A stretch of 64,000 nt of DNA, from IMG/VR virus record IMGVR_UViG_2531839014_000003, positions 101,424-165,423 of that record, one strand, 5' to 3'. Positions 10,171-20,171 of the stretch are shown here, in pieces; position 1 is the stretch's first letter; the number at the start of each line of letters is the position of its first letter. The notes under the pieces are model-generated. The model did not search any database. It was not told the DNA's origin and was given only the letters and a program-made list of their open reading frames with translations. This DNA is from a virus. Taxonomy: Duplodnaviria; Caudoviricetes. Made by a program: the position numbers and the translations under genes.

Positions 10171-11361
10171 GTGAGTGCAATATTACATAATTATAGTCGC
10201 CTTGAAAATGAAAGTGACGATGAGTTAATTTATCGAGTATGTTCCGAAAAGGAACTTATAGGCTCATGGTACGATGTGGCAGATATTTTAAATGAGTTGA
10301 CAAATAGCGATTATAGAGAAAGTACATATCGGAAGAAATTCCAGTCATTTCAAAAACTTCTTAAAGCAAATCAATCTAAATTTGCAAATACAGACTCCCA
10401 GAACAAAGAAATCGAATTACTGAAACGAGAATTTGAACGTGAAAAAATTAAATTTCGTGATGAAAGACGTTCGTGGAATAAGCAAAATTATGAAAATGCT
10501 AGATTTGACGAAGTAATGGATCTTATTAAAGAACGCCTTGATAATTTTTCTCGTGTAGAGTTTACTCCCCATGTGGTTCCGATTGTATCTGGTTCTGACG
10601 CAATGATCATTTGTTTGTCCGATTTACATCTTGGACAGTGTTTCTCGTCTGCCTTTGGAGAATATGATTCTGAAATCGCAAAATCTCGTTTAGAAAAATA
10701 TTTGAGCGAAATTATTGAAATTAATAAAACTAATAATGTAGGGAAAGCGTATGTTGTAATGCTTGGAGATGATATTTCTGGTAATCTTCACAAAACAATT
10801 GAAGTGAGCAATAAAGAAAATGTAATTGATCAACTTAAAATCAGCATTGAATATATAAGTTCATTCTGTTACGAATTAACTAAGCATTTTTCAGATGTTT
10901 ATCTATCTTCCGCTAGTGGAAACCATTCTCGTCTGCAAGCTAAAGATTTGGCGCAACACAGTGAACGCCTGGATGCATTTATTGCATGGGATGTGTGCCG
11001 CACTTTGAAACGTCAAGATAATTTTCATTCGCTGTTGCATCGAAGTCTGGATGATGGCATTGCAGATGTTAATATATGTGGAAAAACCTATCTTGCTGTA
11101 CATGGTGATTTTGACTCTCCTACAAAGCAAGGTTATTTAAATCTCGCTGCTATGGTAGGATTCTTCCCTGATTATGTTTTATGCGGACATAAACATTTTT
11201 GTTTCTTCAGTCAGGAGAGTAAATTTATTCAGAGTGGAAGCTTGTCAGGCTCAGGAGATGATTACACTATCGAAAAAAGATTGAGCGGTGTTCCTTCTCA
11301 AATGGTGTGTATTTGTAATGATAAAGGAGTTAAGTCTATACATCCGGTAATATTAGATTAA
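10171..11361 (+). CDS. Calcineurin-like metallophosphoesterase
   Basis: SDLH, GD, GNH, HGD, GHKH motifs. Confidence 0.88.
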   Translation: MSAILHNYSRLENESDDELIYRVCSEKELIGSWYDVADILNELTNSDYRESTYRKKFQSFQKLLKANQSKFANTDSQNKEIELLKREFEREKIKFRDERRSWNKQNYENARFDEVMDLIKERLDNFSRVEFTPHVVPIVSGSDAMIICLSDLHLGQCFSSAFGEYDSEIAKSRLEKYLSEIIEINKTNNVGKAYVVMLGDDISGNLHKTIEVSNKENVIDQLKISIEYISSFCYELTKHFSDVYLSSASGNHSRLQAKDLAQHSERLDAFIAWDVCRTLKRQDNFHSLLHRSLDDGIADVNICGKTYLAVHGDFDSPTKQGYLNLAAMVGFFPDYVLCGHKHFCFFSQESKFIQSGSLSGSGDDYTIEKRLSGVPSQMVCICNDKGVKSIHPVILD

Positions 11362-11483
11362 TTTAGCAAGCCCTAATTTGAAGGCAAAAGCATATAAGTA
11401 TACCCCCTATTATAAGAGTATAACACAGATCATATTGGAGAGTAGTCATACTGCTCTCCTATTATATTGAGAAAGGACAAAAT

Positions 11484-11651
11484 ATGGAATATAAATCAAT
11501 ATTTACTCCATATGTAGCAAGAAATCTTATTCATATGGGTAATCCAATATTTGATATTAAACCCGATAAAAAGAATACTGATAAAACAATATTCATATTT
11601 AAAGAAACAGAAAAATTAAGGCAAGACATGGCTAGTGCAACTAAGCACTAG
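11484..11651 (+). CDS. Small phage protein (DUF5659-like)
   Basis: AAAGGA SD; MEYKSIFTPYVARNLIHMGNPIFDIKPDK; followed by terminator. Confidence 0.6.
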   Translation: MEYKSIFTPYVARNLIHMGNPIFDIKPDKKNTDKTIFIFKETEKLRQDMASATKH

Positions 11652-11681
11652 CTTTTTTAGTGCAAAAAGAAGGACGCAATA

Positions 11682-12446
11682 ATGAGTAAAGAAAGAATAT
11701 GTGGAATCTATAAAATTGTAAATGAATTAAATAATAAGATGTATATAGGACAAAGTATTAATATATACGAAAGATGGAGACATCATAAAATCCAATTACG
11801 ACATGATAAACATCATAATTCTCATTTACAGAATGCTTGGAATAAATACGGAGAACAAAACTTCCAATTCGTAATCATAGAAGAATGCTCAGAGAGTGTT
11901 TTAGATGTAAGAGAAATATATTATATAACAAAATATAATACTTTTGTTCATTCTAAAAATGCCAAAGGATATAACCTATCTATTGGTGGCGAAGGTATTG
12001 GTATATTTACTGATGAAATGAGACAAATATTCAGAGAGGCTCAAAGAGCAAATCCTATATATCAAATAGACTTAGATGGGAATATAATTAATGTTTGGCA
12101 TTATGGAGCAAGAGAGGCTTCAAAAAAATTAAACATTTCACAAGCATGTATATGGCATTGCATAAATCATGATAGACGTACATATAAAAATTATATTTGG
12201 ATATACGTAGATGAATATGAATATTTTAAAATATCAGATTATGTCAATCAAAATACACAAGCAAAATCAATCTTACAATATGATATGTATGGAAATTTTA
12301 TTAAGAAATGGGATAGTGCAAATCAAACACATACATATGGATTTGATCCTTCTGCCATTGTAAAAGTATGTAAACAAAAGTATTCAAGTCATCGTGGATA
12401 TATTTGGTGTTATGAAGATGATGTCTATATCAAAACGGAAATATAA
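11682..12446 (+). CDS. GIY-YIG homing endonuclease with NUMOD1-like repeats
   Basis: GIYKI...YIGQS, ERW, GYN; two C-terminal IxQyDlxG...YIW repeats. Confidence 0.9.
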   Translation: MSKERICGIYKIVNELNNKMYIGQSINIYERWRHHKIQLRHDKHHNSHLQNAWNKYGEQNFQFVIIEECSESVLDVREIYYITKYNTFVHSKNAKGYNLSIGGEGIGIFTDEMRQIFREAQRANPIYQIDLDGNIINVWHYGAREASKKLNISQACIWHCINHDRRTYKNYIWIYVDEYEYFKISDYVNQNTQAKSILQYDMYGNFIKKWDSANQTHTYGFDPSAIVKVCKQKYSSHRGYIWCYEDDVYIKTEI

Positions 12447-12479
12447 AAACATTATTCAATTTTTAATATTCTGTATAAA

Positions 12480-12704
12480 TCTGCATTTGCGGACTATGTA
12501 ATTTTGGGACATTATCACTCTGGAAAAGAACTTACAAGCTGTGAAGGCTGTTGTAATGATGCAGAGATACTTGTTGCTCCATCATTCGTCGGAAGCGATT
12601 CTTATTCTGATTCATTGATGAAGGGAAGTAAACCTTCTGTCAAGATATATGGATTTCATGAACTTTATGGACATGACGAAACACATAAGATTATTTTGAG
12701 TTAA
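12480..12704 (+). pseudogene. Orphan C-terminal fragment of a metallophosphoesterase
   Basis: ADYVILGHYH...PSFVGSDSYS...PS parallels PDYVLCGHKH...GSLSGSGDDY...PS of 10171-11361. Confidence 0.75.
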
Positions 12705-12870
12705 AGCAAATTTTTATTTATCCAACTCGTGAAGGATAAGGCTGGGTTCCTGAATGGGAGTAGGTCGTAAGGCTTAGAAGTCCTTTGCCCCTGGTGTCGG
12801 ATTCACATGCATGGAGAGCGCACTGCTCTCCTACTATAAAAATAGAAACTATAAGGAGATTTAATAATAC

Positions 12871-13152
12871 ATGAACAAAAATGAAGTTGTTGCAGCAATT
12901 GTTGAAAAAGTAGAAACATTAAAGGCAAAGGATGTTGAAGCGGTATTAGCTACTTATGCTGATGTTGTTATTGAAAAACTTGAAAATAATAATGCTGAAA
13001 AGGTTGTTCTCCCTAGCCTAGGAAGTTTCAAAGTTAAGGATGTTCCAGAACGAAAGGGCGTATCAGCTCTCGGAGATAAAAAGGAATGGGTAAAACCTGC
13101 ACACAGAGAGATTATTTTTAAGATTGCCAAGAATGTAAAATGCCTAGACTAA
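12871..13152 (+). CDS. HU-family DNA-binding protein
   Basis: MNKNE..., LGSF, arm region ending PAH...FK. Confidence 0.88.
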   Translation: MNKNEVVAAIVEKVETLKAKDVEAVLATYADVVIEKLENNNAEKVVLPSLGSFKVKDVPERKGVSALGDKKEWVKPAHREIIFKIAKNVKCLD

Positions 13153-13366
13153 AATTAACTGGTGGTGATTTATTTGTACGATGAAGTAGTTAAGACTATA
13201 AATCTAACCTCTGATGAGGTAGAAATATTGATTGATGCACTCTCCTATCGACTAGCCCAGTGTGTATCAGTTGGCGAAGATATTACAGTACGAGAATTGC
13301 TGGAGAAAATTCAGTAAATATAGGCACTGTGAGAGTCAAATCTCATGGTGCTTTTTGTGAAAGGAA

Positions 13367-14410
13367 GTGATGAAAATATCAAGATTTACAGTCTATAATA
13401 AAATTGTTACACCAGAAAAATTGACAAAGGTGAATCCAGAAAACATTCAATTGGGAGAAGATTTTTTAGAATACCTTCAATCAATTGATAGAAGCCCAGA
13501 TACAATAAAAGGATATCGAAATGATCTTAAAATATTTTGGGTATGGTGTTTAGACTTCAATGGAAATAAATACTTTCCAGAATTAACTAAGCGTGAGGTT
13601 GCTAAATTTCAAAATTATGCTCTCAATACTTGGAATTGGGGTTCTAGTAGAATGAGACGTGTAAAGTCTTGCCTTTCTTCTCTTTCAAATTACATTCAAG
13701 ACATTCTGGATGACGAAAAAGAATTCGAAAATTATAAACCCATTATTCGCAAAATTGAAAATCCAGCCAAAACTGCCCGTAGGGAGAAAACTGTATTAAC
13801 TGATGAGCAAGTGGATGGGCTTTTAGAAACTCTTGTAGAGCGTAAGGAATATGAGTGCGCATGTGCTATTGCTATAGCTGCTTATTCCGGTATGCGTCAC
13901 GGAGAATTGTTGCAGATGCGACCAGACTTTTTTAACGATAACCATTTTGTATATGATTCCATGTGGAAAACAGATAAAGTTCGTGCTAAAGGGCACGGCA
14001 AGGATGGTTTACAGCTTAATAAATTCGTCTTATATGGTGCAAAACCATATATTGATTTATGGATGAATGAACGTAAGGAGAAAGGTATTAACAGTGAATG
14101 GATGTTTGTAACAGTTACAGTAAATGGAACTAAACGTATATGGAAAAAGAGAAAAGACACAAGTTCCTGGGTAAAACAATGCACAGAAATACTTGGTGTG
14201 GATTTCTACTTACACTCGTTGCGTCATTATACATGCACAAAGTTACATAGAATGAATCTACCTGCTCATGTTATTCAAGAGTTCTTCGGATGGGCAAGTT
14301 CTGAAATGCTTCAAATCTATAATGACCTTACTGCCGAAGATGAATTTGGAAAATATTTTACCAAAGATGGTGTCAAGGAAATTAAGCAAGGTTCATTGAC
14401 TGATATCTAA
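13367..14410 (+). CDS. Tyrosine recombinase
   Basis: SGMRHGE, HSLRH, FGW, Y motifs; SAM-like N-terminus. Confidence 0.9.
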   Translation: MMKISRFTVYNKIVTPEKLTKVNPENIQLGEDFLEYLQSIDRSPDTIKGYRNDLKIFWVWCLDFNGNKYFPELTKREVAKFQNYALNTWNWGSSRMRRVKSCLSSLSNYIQDILDDEKEFENYKPIIRKIENPAKTARREKTVLTDEQVDGLLETLVERKEYECACAIAIAAYSGMRHGELLQMRPDFFNDNHFVYDSMWKTDKVRAKGHGKDGLQLNKFVLYGAKPYIDLWMNERKEKGINSEWMFVTVTVNGTKRIWKKRKDTSSWVKQCTEILGVDFYLHSLRHYTCTKLHRMNLPAHVIQEFFGWASSEMLQIYNDLTAEDEFGKYFTKDGVKEIKQGSLTDI

Positions 14411-14666
14411 GATTACCCTTCCTATTTCCTCCCAACATATTCCCCCGTGAGTAATGGGCTTAAAATCACTCTCTCACTCGTTAGATGTATTGGCGAGTTA
14501 AAATAAGACGCAATACATACCGGCCTTGGATTAAAGGCAATTTATAATCCCACCGACATCCCAAATCGTAGGCCGACCACTGCCATAGTAAGTGTGGGGA
14601 TGCCCGAGTCTCGCTGCGTTAGTGTGAACCGTTAATTAGGAGGGTTAACTACTCTCCTATTCTCCT

Positions 14667-14738
14667 GGGTCTGTCGCCTAATGGTATGGCACTCGACTTT
14701 TAATCGAGTTAATGCTGGTCCGAATCCAGTCAGACCCA
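14667..14738 (+). tRNA. tRNA-Lys(TTT)
   Basis: GGGTCTG/CAGACCC acceptor; CTCGA-ctTTTaa-TCGAG; T-arm GCTGG-tccgaat-CCAGT. Confidence 0.88.
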
Positions 14739-14780
14739 TTCATGGAACAATAGTTAAAAATTAGAAGGAGAGGTCGCACA

Positions 14781-15020
14781 ATGGCTGGAATGCTATTAAG
14801 AATGAATGATAAACCCAATGTAAATATAATGGAATTTGTAGTAGACTCTGAATCAGAAATTCAATATCTGCCAACAACAACTAATAAAGGAAGTGGCGTT
14901 TTCGAAAATAATCCTAGTTTTAATTTTACTGCTCCTATCGGAAGCTCCTGTATTGTAGGAAACGATGGTGGTGATTTACTTGTATACATGTTATTCTCTT
15001 TTGGCTGGAAAAAAATATAA
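14781..15020 (+). CDS. Hypothetical protein
   Basis: AGGAGAGG SD. Confidence 0.75.
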   Translation: MAGMLLRMNDKPNVNIMEFVVDSESEIQYLPTTTNKGSGVFENNPSFNFTAPIGSSCIVGNDGGDLLVYMLFSFGWKKI

Positions 15021-15035
15021 TGACAGGAGGAGAAT

Positions 15036-15413
15036 ATGGGACTTAATTTACCCACTTTAGCACTTGTTAAAAAATATACTGATTTAAAAACATCTGTTAC
15101 TGATAAACAAATAAACGCAGCTGTAAACCAATACTTGGAAAATAATCCAGTTTCTCCAGGCGCATCACCTGAAGAATCTGCTCAAATAGGGGCCAATAAA
15201 CAGAATATCACTAATCTTCAAAATGAAATTGTTATGCGCTCTCCTGCTATCATTACAGAAGCTATAGGTACAGGTAAGGTAAGAATGGATGATTCATCAT
15301 TCGACTGGCTCTTTTTGTATGCCATTGGCGCAATAGAAAGCATGGCGGACTTCAAATCCGTTAGATGCAGGTTCAAATCCTGTGGGGGGTGTGTTTATGA
15401 TACGGCTCTTTAA
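15036..15413 (+). pseudogene. Probably truncated structural protein reading into a terminator half and a tRNA
   Basis: Strong SD; after ~15300 the frame runs through CTGGCTCTTTTT and a tRNA-like sequence. Confidence 0.5.
15319..15391 (+). tRNA. Degenerate tRNA with TCA anticodon
   Basis: GCGGA-ctTCAaa-TCCGT; GCAGG-TTCAAAT-CCTGT; acceptor and D stems mismatched. Confidence 0.55.
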
Positions 15414-15455
15414 CAGTATTTTTTATAATCCAAACAAGAAAGAAGGTGTTTATAA

Positions 15456-16559
15456 TTGGCGAGAAAACCAAAAATCGCCGAAGCATCTGATAATTTTGAT
15501 GATTCTCACGATTATAGATGTCTTCGATGCGGTGATACATGGGAAAATCCTAATGGTCATTTCTATAAATCTCCCTGGTCAGAGTCATTTGAAAAGAATT
15601 CGCGTTTTGTACCCTTGTGTAGAAAATGTGTAAATGAGTTACTTGATATCTACGAAAAGAAGTATGGTACTAATACCGCCTGCATCTTGATGTGCTATAA
15701 ACTAGATATTCCATACTATTACTCGCTTTTTGATTCCATTATCAAAAACAATAATAAGTTTAGCATCGGTTTATATATGCGACAAATCAATGGCAGACAG
15801 TATCAAAACCAGGACTTCTCTCAATCTATTCTAAATGGTGAATTAGGAAAATCTAAGGATGACTTTGAAAAATTCAAGGAAGTAAAATGGTCAAAGCAAG
15901 ATTTACAAAACCGAGATTATGCTATAGAAGTTGTAGGTTATGATCCATTTGTCGGATATCCCGAAGAAGATAGACATTTTCTATTCAATCAATTATCTCC
16001 ATATTTAGAGGATGAAGATATAGCTGATGATGCTTTCAAATTGTCACAGATATTACAGATTGTAGATAACAACAAACAAATTCGGCAGTGTGATGTTAAG
16101 ATAGCAAACCTGGATCCCATAAGAGATGCCACAGATATTAAAACATTAAACTCAATCAAAAAAACATTGGTGGAAGCCAACGACAAAATTGCAAAAGAAA
16201 ATGAAATTTCAGTGAAGAATCGTTCCAATAAGGATGTAGGAAAGTCAACGCTTACATACTTAATGCGTGATTTAAGGAATAAAAATTTTGAAAGAGCCGA
16301 AGCTGATTATTACGACCAGTTAAGAGGTCCAGGAACACAATGGGCAATCTCAATATCCCAAAAAGCAATGTTAGATCATTGTCTATTTGATGAAAATGAT
16401 AAAAAGGAAGTTTACGAAACACAGATAAAGCTTGTAGATGATTTATACAAAGAACTAGACAGCAAGAAAGAACAGTTGCGTCAATTGCTTATTGTCAACG
16501 ACAATTTAAAGGCCGAGTTGGAGACATTAAGAGTAGGTGATAGTGATGGAATATCATAA
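15456..16559 (+). CDS. Zn-finger protein upstream of terminase (YonG-like, terminase small subunit candidate)
   Basis: CxxC...CxxC; overlaps terminase start. Confidence 0.6.
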   Translation: MARKPKIAEASDNFDDSHDYRCLRCGDTWENPNGHFYKSPWSESFEKNSRFVPLCRKCVNELLDIYEKKYGTNTACILMCYKLDIPYYYSLFDSIIKNNNKFSIGLYMRQINGRQYQNQDFSQSILNGELGKSKDDFEKFKEVKWSKQDLQNRDYAIEVVGYDPFVGYPEEDRHFLFNQLSPYLEDEDIADDAFKLSQILQIVDNNKQIRQCDVKIANLDPIRDATDIKTLNSIKKTLVEANDKIAKENEISVKNRSNKDVGKSTLTYLMRDLRNKNFERAEADYYDQLRGPGTQWAISISQKAMLDHCLFDENDKKEVYETQIKLVDDLYKELDSKKEQLRQLLIVNDNLKAELETLRVGDSDGIS

Positions 16560-18387
16560 ATTAATGTCTGAACGCAAGAAGCGAATATGTGAGTTAGATG
16601 CTGAAAGTATAGCATTTTATCGTCGTAACCCCTGCATTGCCTGTGAAGATTTATTGGGTATTAAGCTCATTGATAGTCAAAAGTATATTCTTCAAGCTAG
16701 TTGGAATAAACCACATGTGCTATGGTGTTGTAGTCGTAACTTTGGGAAATCCTTTCTCGGTGCCATTTTTATGGTCCTCAAGGCAATATTATATGAAAAT
16801 CAGGCTATCTACATAGTATCATCAGTTGGTGATCAGTCAAAGGAAACATTTTCTAAGATTGAAGAAATCGTTCTTCGCATCGGTAAAACAGCCGCATCTA
16901 TCGACTCCCTTAAAGACATAGTTGAAAAAGAAACCAAAAAATCAGGGAACAATAAAACAGGTTTTGGTCATGCTCAGTCAGGTTTCCATGTGGAATTTTA
17001 TAACGGAAGTGAAATCTTTACACTGAATGGTAATCCGGATAATAACCGGAGCCGCAGAGCCACTTTAGTATTTTTCGATGAGGCTGCATTCTCTTCCGAT
17101 GAGCTAATTGCTGTATGTGAAGCCTTTGCAACGCAGAATACAGAGTTTAAAACATCTGTTGAAAAAGGCTTTAACCCAGATACATTAAAAAGAAAATGTC
17201 CAACACAGCTGGTTTATGCATCATCACAAGATGATATGAGCAAAATCTTTTATCACCATTATAAAAACTTTTCTAAAAGAATGCTGGCTGGTGATAGAGA
17301 TTATCTTGTGGTTGATATGATTTGTGATACAGCTATTGAAACATATATGGAAGGAAAGCCATATACTGCTCTCCTAACCCGTGACAAAGTGGATGCTGCT
17401 ATGAAAGCAAATAGAGAGAAGGCATTACGTGAATATTATAATCAACCTACAAGAGATGGTGGCGTAAATCAAATTGTAAAATGGGGAACAATTCGCAGAA
17501 ACGAGTGTTTCTATTTGCCTCAGTTATCTTATAAACCTAATACAAATATATGTCTGGCTTTAGATCCTGCACGTACCTTGGATAATTCTATTTTAGGGGC
17601 TATGAATATAGTAAATGATCCTAATTATGGCTACATGGGAGAAATAGTAAACTGTCTGAACTTATTTGACAATGCCAGCAAAAAGGGGTACAAACTGGAT
17701 TCTAATCGACAGTTAAAGGAAATACGAAATTATCTCTCTCTTTACAACGGACAGCATAATGACTATCAGAATATTGATTGCTTATTGATAGATCAAGGTG
17801 CTGGCGGAGGTGGCGTTTCTACTTATGCTGATGGTTTACTAAATGATTGGGTTGGTGACGATGGTCGGCACCATAGAGGACTTATCGATGCTTCACATGA
17901 AATCTATACTGGATATAAGTCTTTATATCCGAACACTATTGATAAATTGCGTCTCATTAGCCCGCGCAAGTATAGAACTCAAATGGTTGATGAGTTTATA
18001 GAACTAATTGATTTAGGAGTAATCAAATTCCCTTATGAATTCAAGCAGGAGTTTATAACGATTGCCAGAAAACAAAAGGATTCTGACGAAGAAATAATTG
18101 AGAAATATGAGCTATCAGAAAAGGAAATTGTGGCCTTAGCAAATATTGACCTAATGAAAGCTGAAACCACGTCAATATACAAATATGAGAACGCAGAAAA
18201 AACTTCTAAAACATATGCAATAGCAAAGGATAAAGAAAGTTCTATGCATGATGATAGGTTTTATGTGTTGATTATGCTTGCACATAGATTGTATGAATTA
18301 CGCCGTGGACAAACAATACAACCAAAGCAGAAAGAACCATCAGATTTTACCAATGCTCCACGTTGTGTATCATCTATAACATTCTAA
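16546..18387 (+). CDS. Terminase large subunit
   Basis: SRNFGKS Walker A, FFDEA Walker B, LDPA and HDDR nuclease motifs. Confidence 0.92.
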   Translation: MEYHKLMSERKKRICELDAESIAFYRRNPCIACEDLLGIKLIDSQKYILQASWNKPHVLWCCSRNFGKSFLGAIFMVLKAILYENQAIYIVSSVGDQSKETFSKIEEIVLRIGKTAASIDSLKDIVEKETKKSGNNKTGFGHAQSGFHVEFYNGSEIFTLNGNPDNNRSRRATLVFFDEAAFSSDELIAVCEAFATQNTEFKTSVEKGFNPDTLKRKCPTQLVYASSQDDMSKIFYHHYKNFSKRMLAGDRDYLVVDMICDTAIETYMEGKPYTALLTRDKVDAAMKANREKALREYYNQPTRDGGVNQIVKWGTIRRNECFYLPQLSYKPNTNICLALDPARTLDNSILGAMNIVNDPNYGYMGEIVNCLNLFDNASKKGYKLDSNRQLKEIRNYLSLYNGQHNDYQNIDCLLIDQGAGGGGVSTYADGLLNDWVGDDGRHHRGLIDASHEIYTGYKSLYPNTIDKLRLISPRKYRTQMVDEFIELIDLGVIKFPYEFKQEFITIARKQKDSDEEIIEKYELSEKEIVALANIDLMKAETTSIYKYENAEKTSKTYAIAKDKESSMHDDRFYVLIMLAHRLYELRRGQTIQPKQKEPSDFTNAPRCVSSITF

Positions 18388-18404
18388 GAAAGGACGGTGA
18401 TTAA

Positions 18405-20054
18405 TTGCCAAATAAAAAAGAAGTGGTCTTATCTTCTTCTGATACTCAGGGCCAGGAAGAAGATTTTAGTGTGACTTTCGCATCAAAAGAAAATACTGAT
18501 GGTAATGAAACCGTCATTTTAACATCTGAAGATATCGCTAAAGAATGGATGTCAAAAGCACTCCAAAGTTTTGATCCGTCTAATGGTCAATATTCTGTGT
18601 ATCTAAAGGAACAACCTTTTGGAGATGATAGTGTCACTTTGGATGATATAAAATTGCTCTCCAAAAATGCCCAGAGTGATATAACCAAAATATTGAAAAT
18701 AAACGCTTTAGTACGTCAGGAAATAAATGGTGATGATATAATTGGGAAAGTCTATGAAACTATGGTAACAAATCTCAATTCAGATATAAGAATATCATTC
18801 GATAATCTTCCATCAAAACCAACCAAGAAATACAAGGATAAAGCAGAATCTCTTATTAAGCAATTTCATAGGGAAACAAATATAAATACAATACTATCAT
18901 CTTCTATCCCGACAGTTTATGTTGAAGGTAATTGTATTAAATATTTGCGCAGTAAAAATGGACATTATGTCATTGATTCTTTTCCATTAGGAGTCGCTAT
19001 TGTTAGCGATTATAAATACAATGGTATTAACTACGTACTTATTGATATCCGTGAGCTTACAAATAGATTACAGAAAACAACGATTAAAGGCAGAAAAAAC
19101 AGACCGCTTTTCTTTAAAAACATCACAGAAGAAATAAAAGCAAATTATCCAGATGAGGTATATCAAGCTTACATAAACAAAGAGCATTATGCAATATTGG
19201 ACATTCGCCGCACGGGTTTAAATCGGTTTTGTAGTATGAATAGAAAATATGGATTATCTGCGGTCTTCAAAGCACTGAAGCCTAATATAATGCTTGACAC
19301 ATTTGACAAATCCGATGCCATTACTGCTAAAGCAAAGGCTAAAAAAATAATACATCAAGTCATCAGAAAAGAAACCATGGGACAAGATTATTCAAAAAAG
19401 GGATTTGAAGAAATGGCTTATGCCCATGAGAATCTGGCAGCAGCATGGAAAAATCCAACCGTGCTATATACTTCACCTCCTTGTGTGGAAAAAATCGTAT
19501 ATGTGGAACCTAAAGTAGAAACAACAAACATAGCTACAATTAATCAATATCGTTCTCGTGTCACTTCTGCTCTTGGAATATCTTTTCTAAATACTGATGG
19601 AAACCAAACTGTTAGTACGGCAAACATTTCCATTAAACAATTAATGAAAACTATAAATAAAATCACAGAACAGGAAGAAATTATCCTCTCTCGCTGGTAT
19701 TCTTTAATTCTTGAAGAAAATGGTATCCCTCAAGAGTATTGCCCCACTCCACATATCCTTGATACAGAATTGCTTGAATTTGAAATGCGTAAAGACTTAT
19801 CGGAATTACTATTTTCAAAGTTTAATTGCTCTTATACTACAGCTTATGAATTGGTTGGACTCAATGCAAAAGATGAAGCGGATAGATTAGTTACTGAAAA
19901 AGAACTAGGTTACGATGAAATATTTCTTGTTCATCCAACTTCGTATAACAGCTCTGGAAATTCAAAAGACTCTGGTGGCAGGCCGAGCGGGTCAGATAAC
20001 CTACAAAAACAGGATTATGACACTGATTATAACAAAACGAGGGTGAAATCTTGA
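18405..20054 (+). CDS. Portal protein
   Basis: 549 aa after terminase; C-terminal GGRP. Confidence 0.8.
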   Translation: MPNKKEVVLSSSDTQGQEEDFSVTFASKENTDGNETVILTSEDIAKEWMSKALQSFDPSNGQYSVYLKEQPFGDDSVTLDDIKLLSKNAQSDITKILKINALVRQEINGDDIIGKVYETMVTNLNSDIRISFDNLPSKPTKKYKDKAESLIKQFHRETNINTILSSSIPTVYVEGNCIKYLRSKNGHYVIDSFPLGVAIVSDYKYNGINYVLIDIRELTNRLQKTTIKGRKNRPLFFKNITEEIKANYPDEVYQAYINKEHYAILDIRRTGLNRFCSMNRKYGLSAVFKALKPNIMLDTFDKSDAITAKAKAKKIIHQVIRKETMGQDYSKKGFEEMAYAHENLAAAWKNPTVLYTSPPCVEKIVYVEPKVETTNIATINQYRSRVTSALGISFLNTDGNQTVSTANISIKQLMKTINKITEQEEIILSRWYSLILEENGIPQEYCPTPHILDTELLEFEMRKDLSELLFSKFNCSYTTAYELVGLNAKDEADRLVTEKELGYDEIFLVHPTSYNSSGNSKDSGGRPSGSDNLQKQDYDTDYNKTRVKS

Positions 20055-20171
20055 AAATAAAAATACCTGACGGAAGTATTTATGACTTAGAAGAATGCGA
20101 AATAATCGATGAAGAATTAGAACAACAGGCTAAATTTGCTGATGAATTATTTGTACAAACAGGAATTTTGA

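Noticed and set aside
12770-12792. raiA-motif RNA (GGCTTAGAAGT...GCC resemblance)
   Set aside because: Match is too short and the region too small for the full motif
13367-14738. Integrase plus tRNA as a prophage boundary
   Set aside because: Phage genes continue on both sides and no duplicated tRNA end was seen
2449-15391. UGA recoding (in-frame TGA at 2449 plus UCA-anticodon tRNA)
   Set aside because: The same gene is also frameshifted, many intact genes end in TGA, and the tRNA acceptor stem is broken
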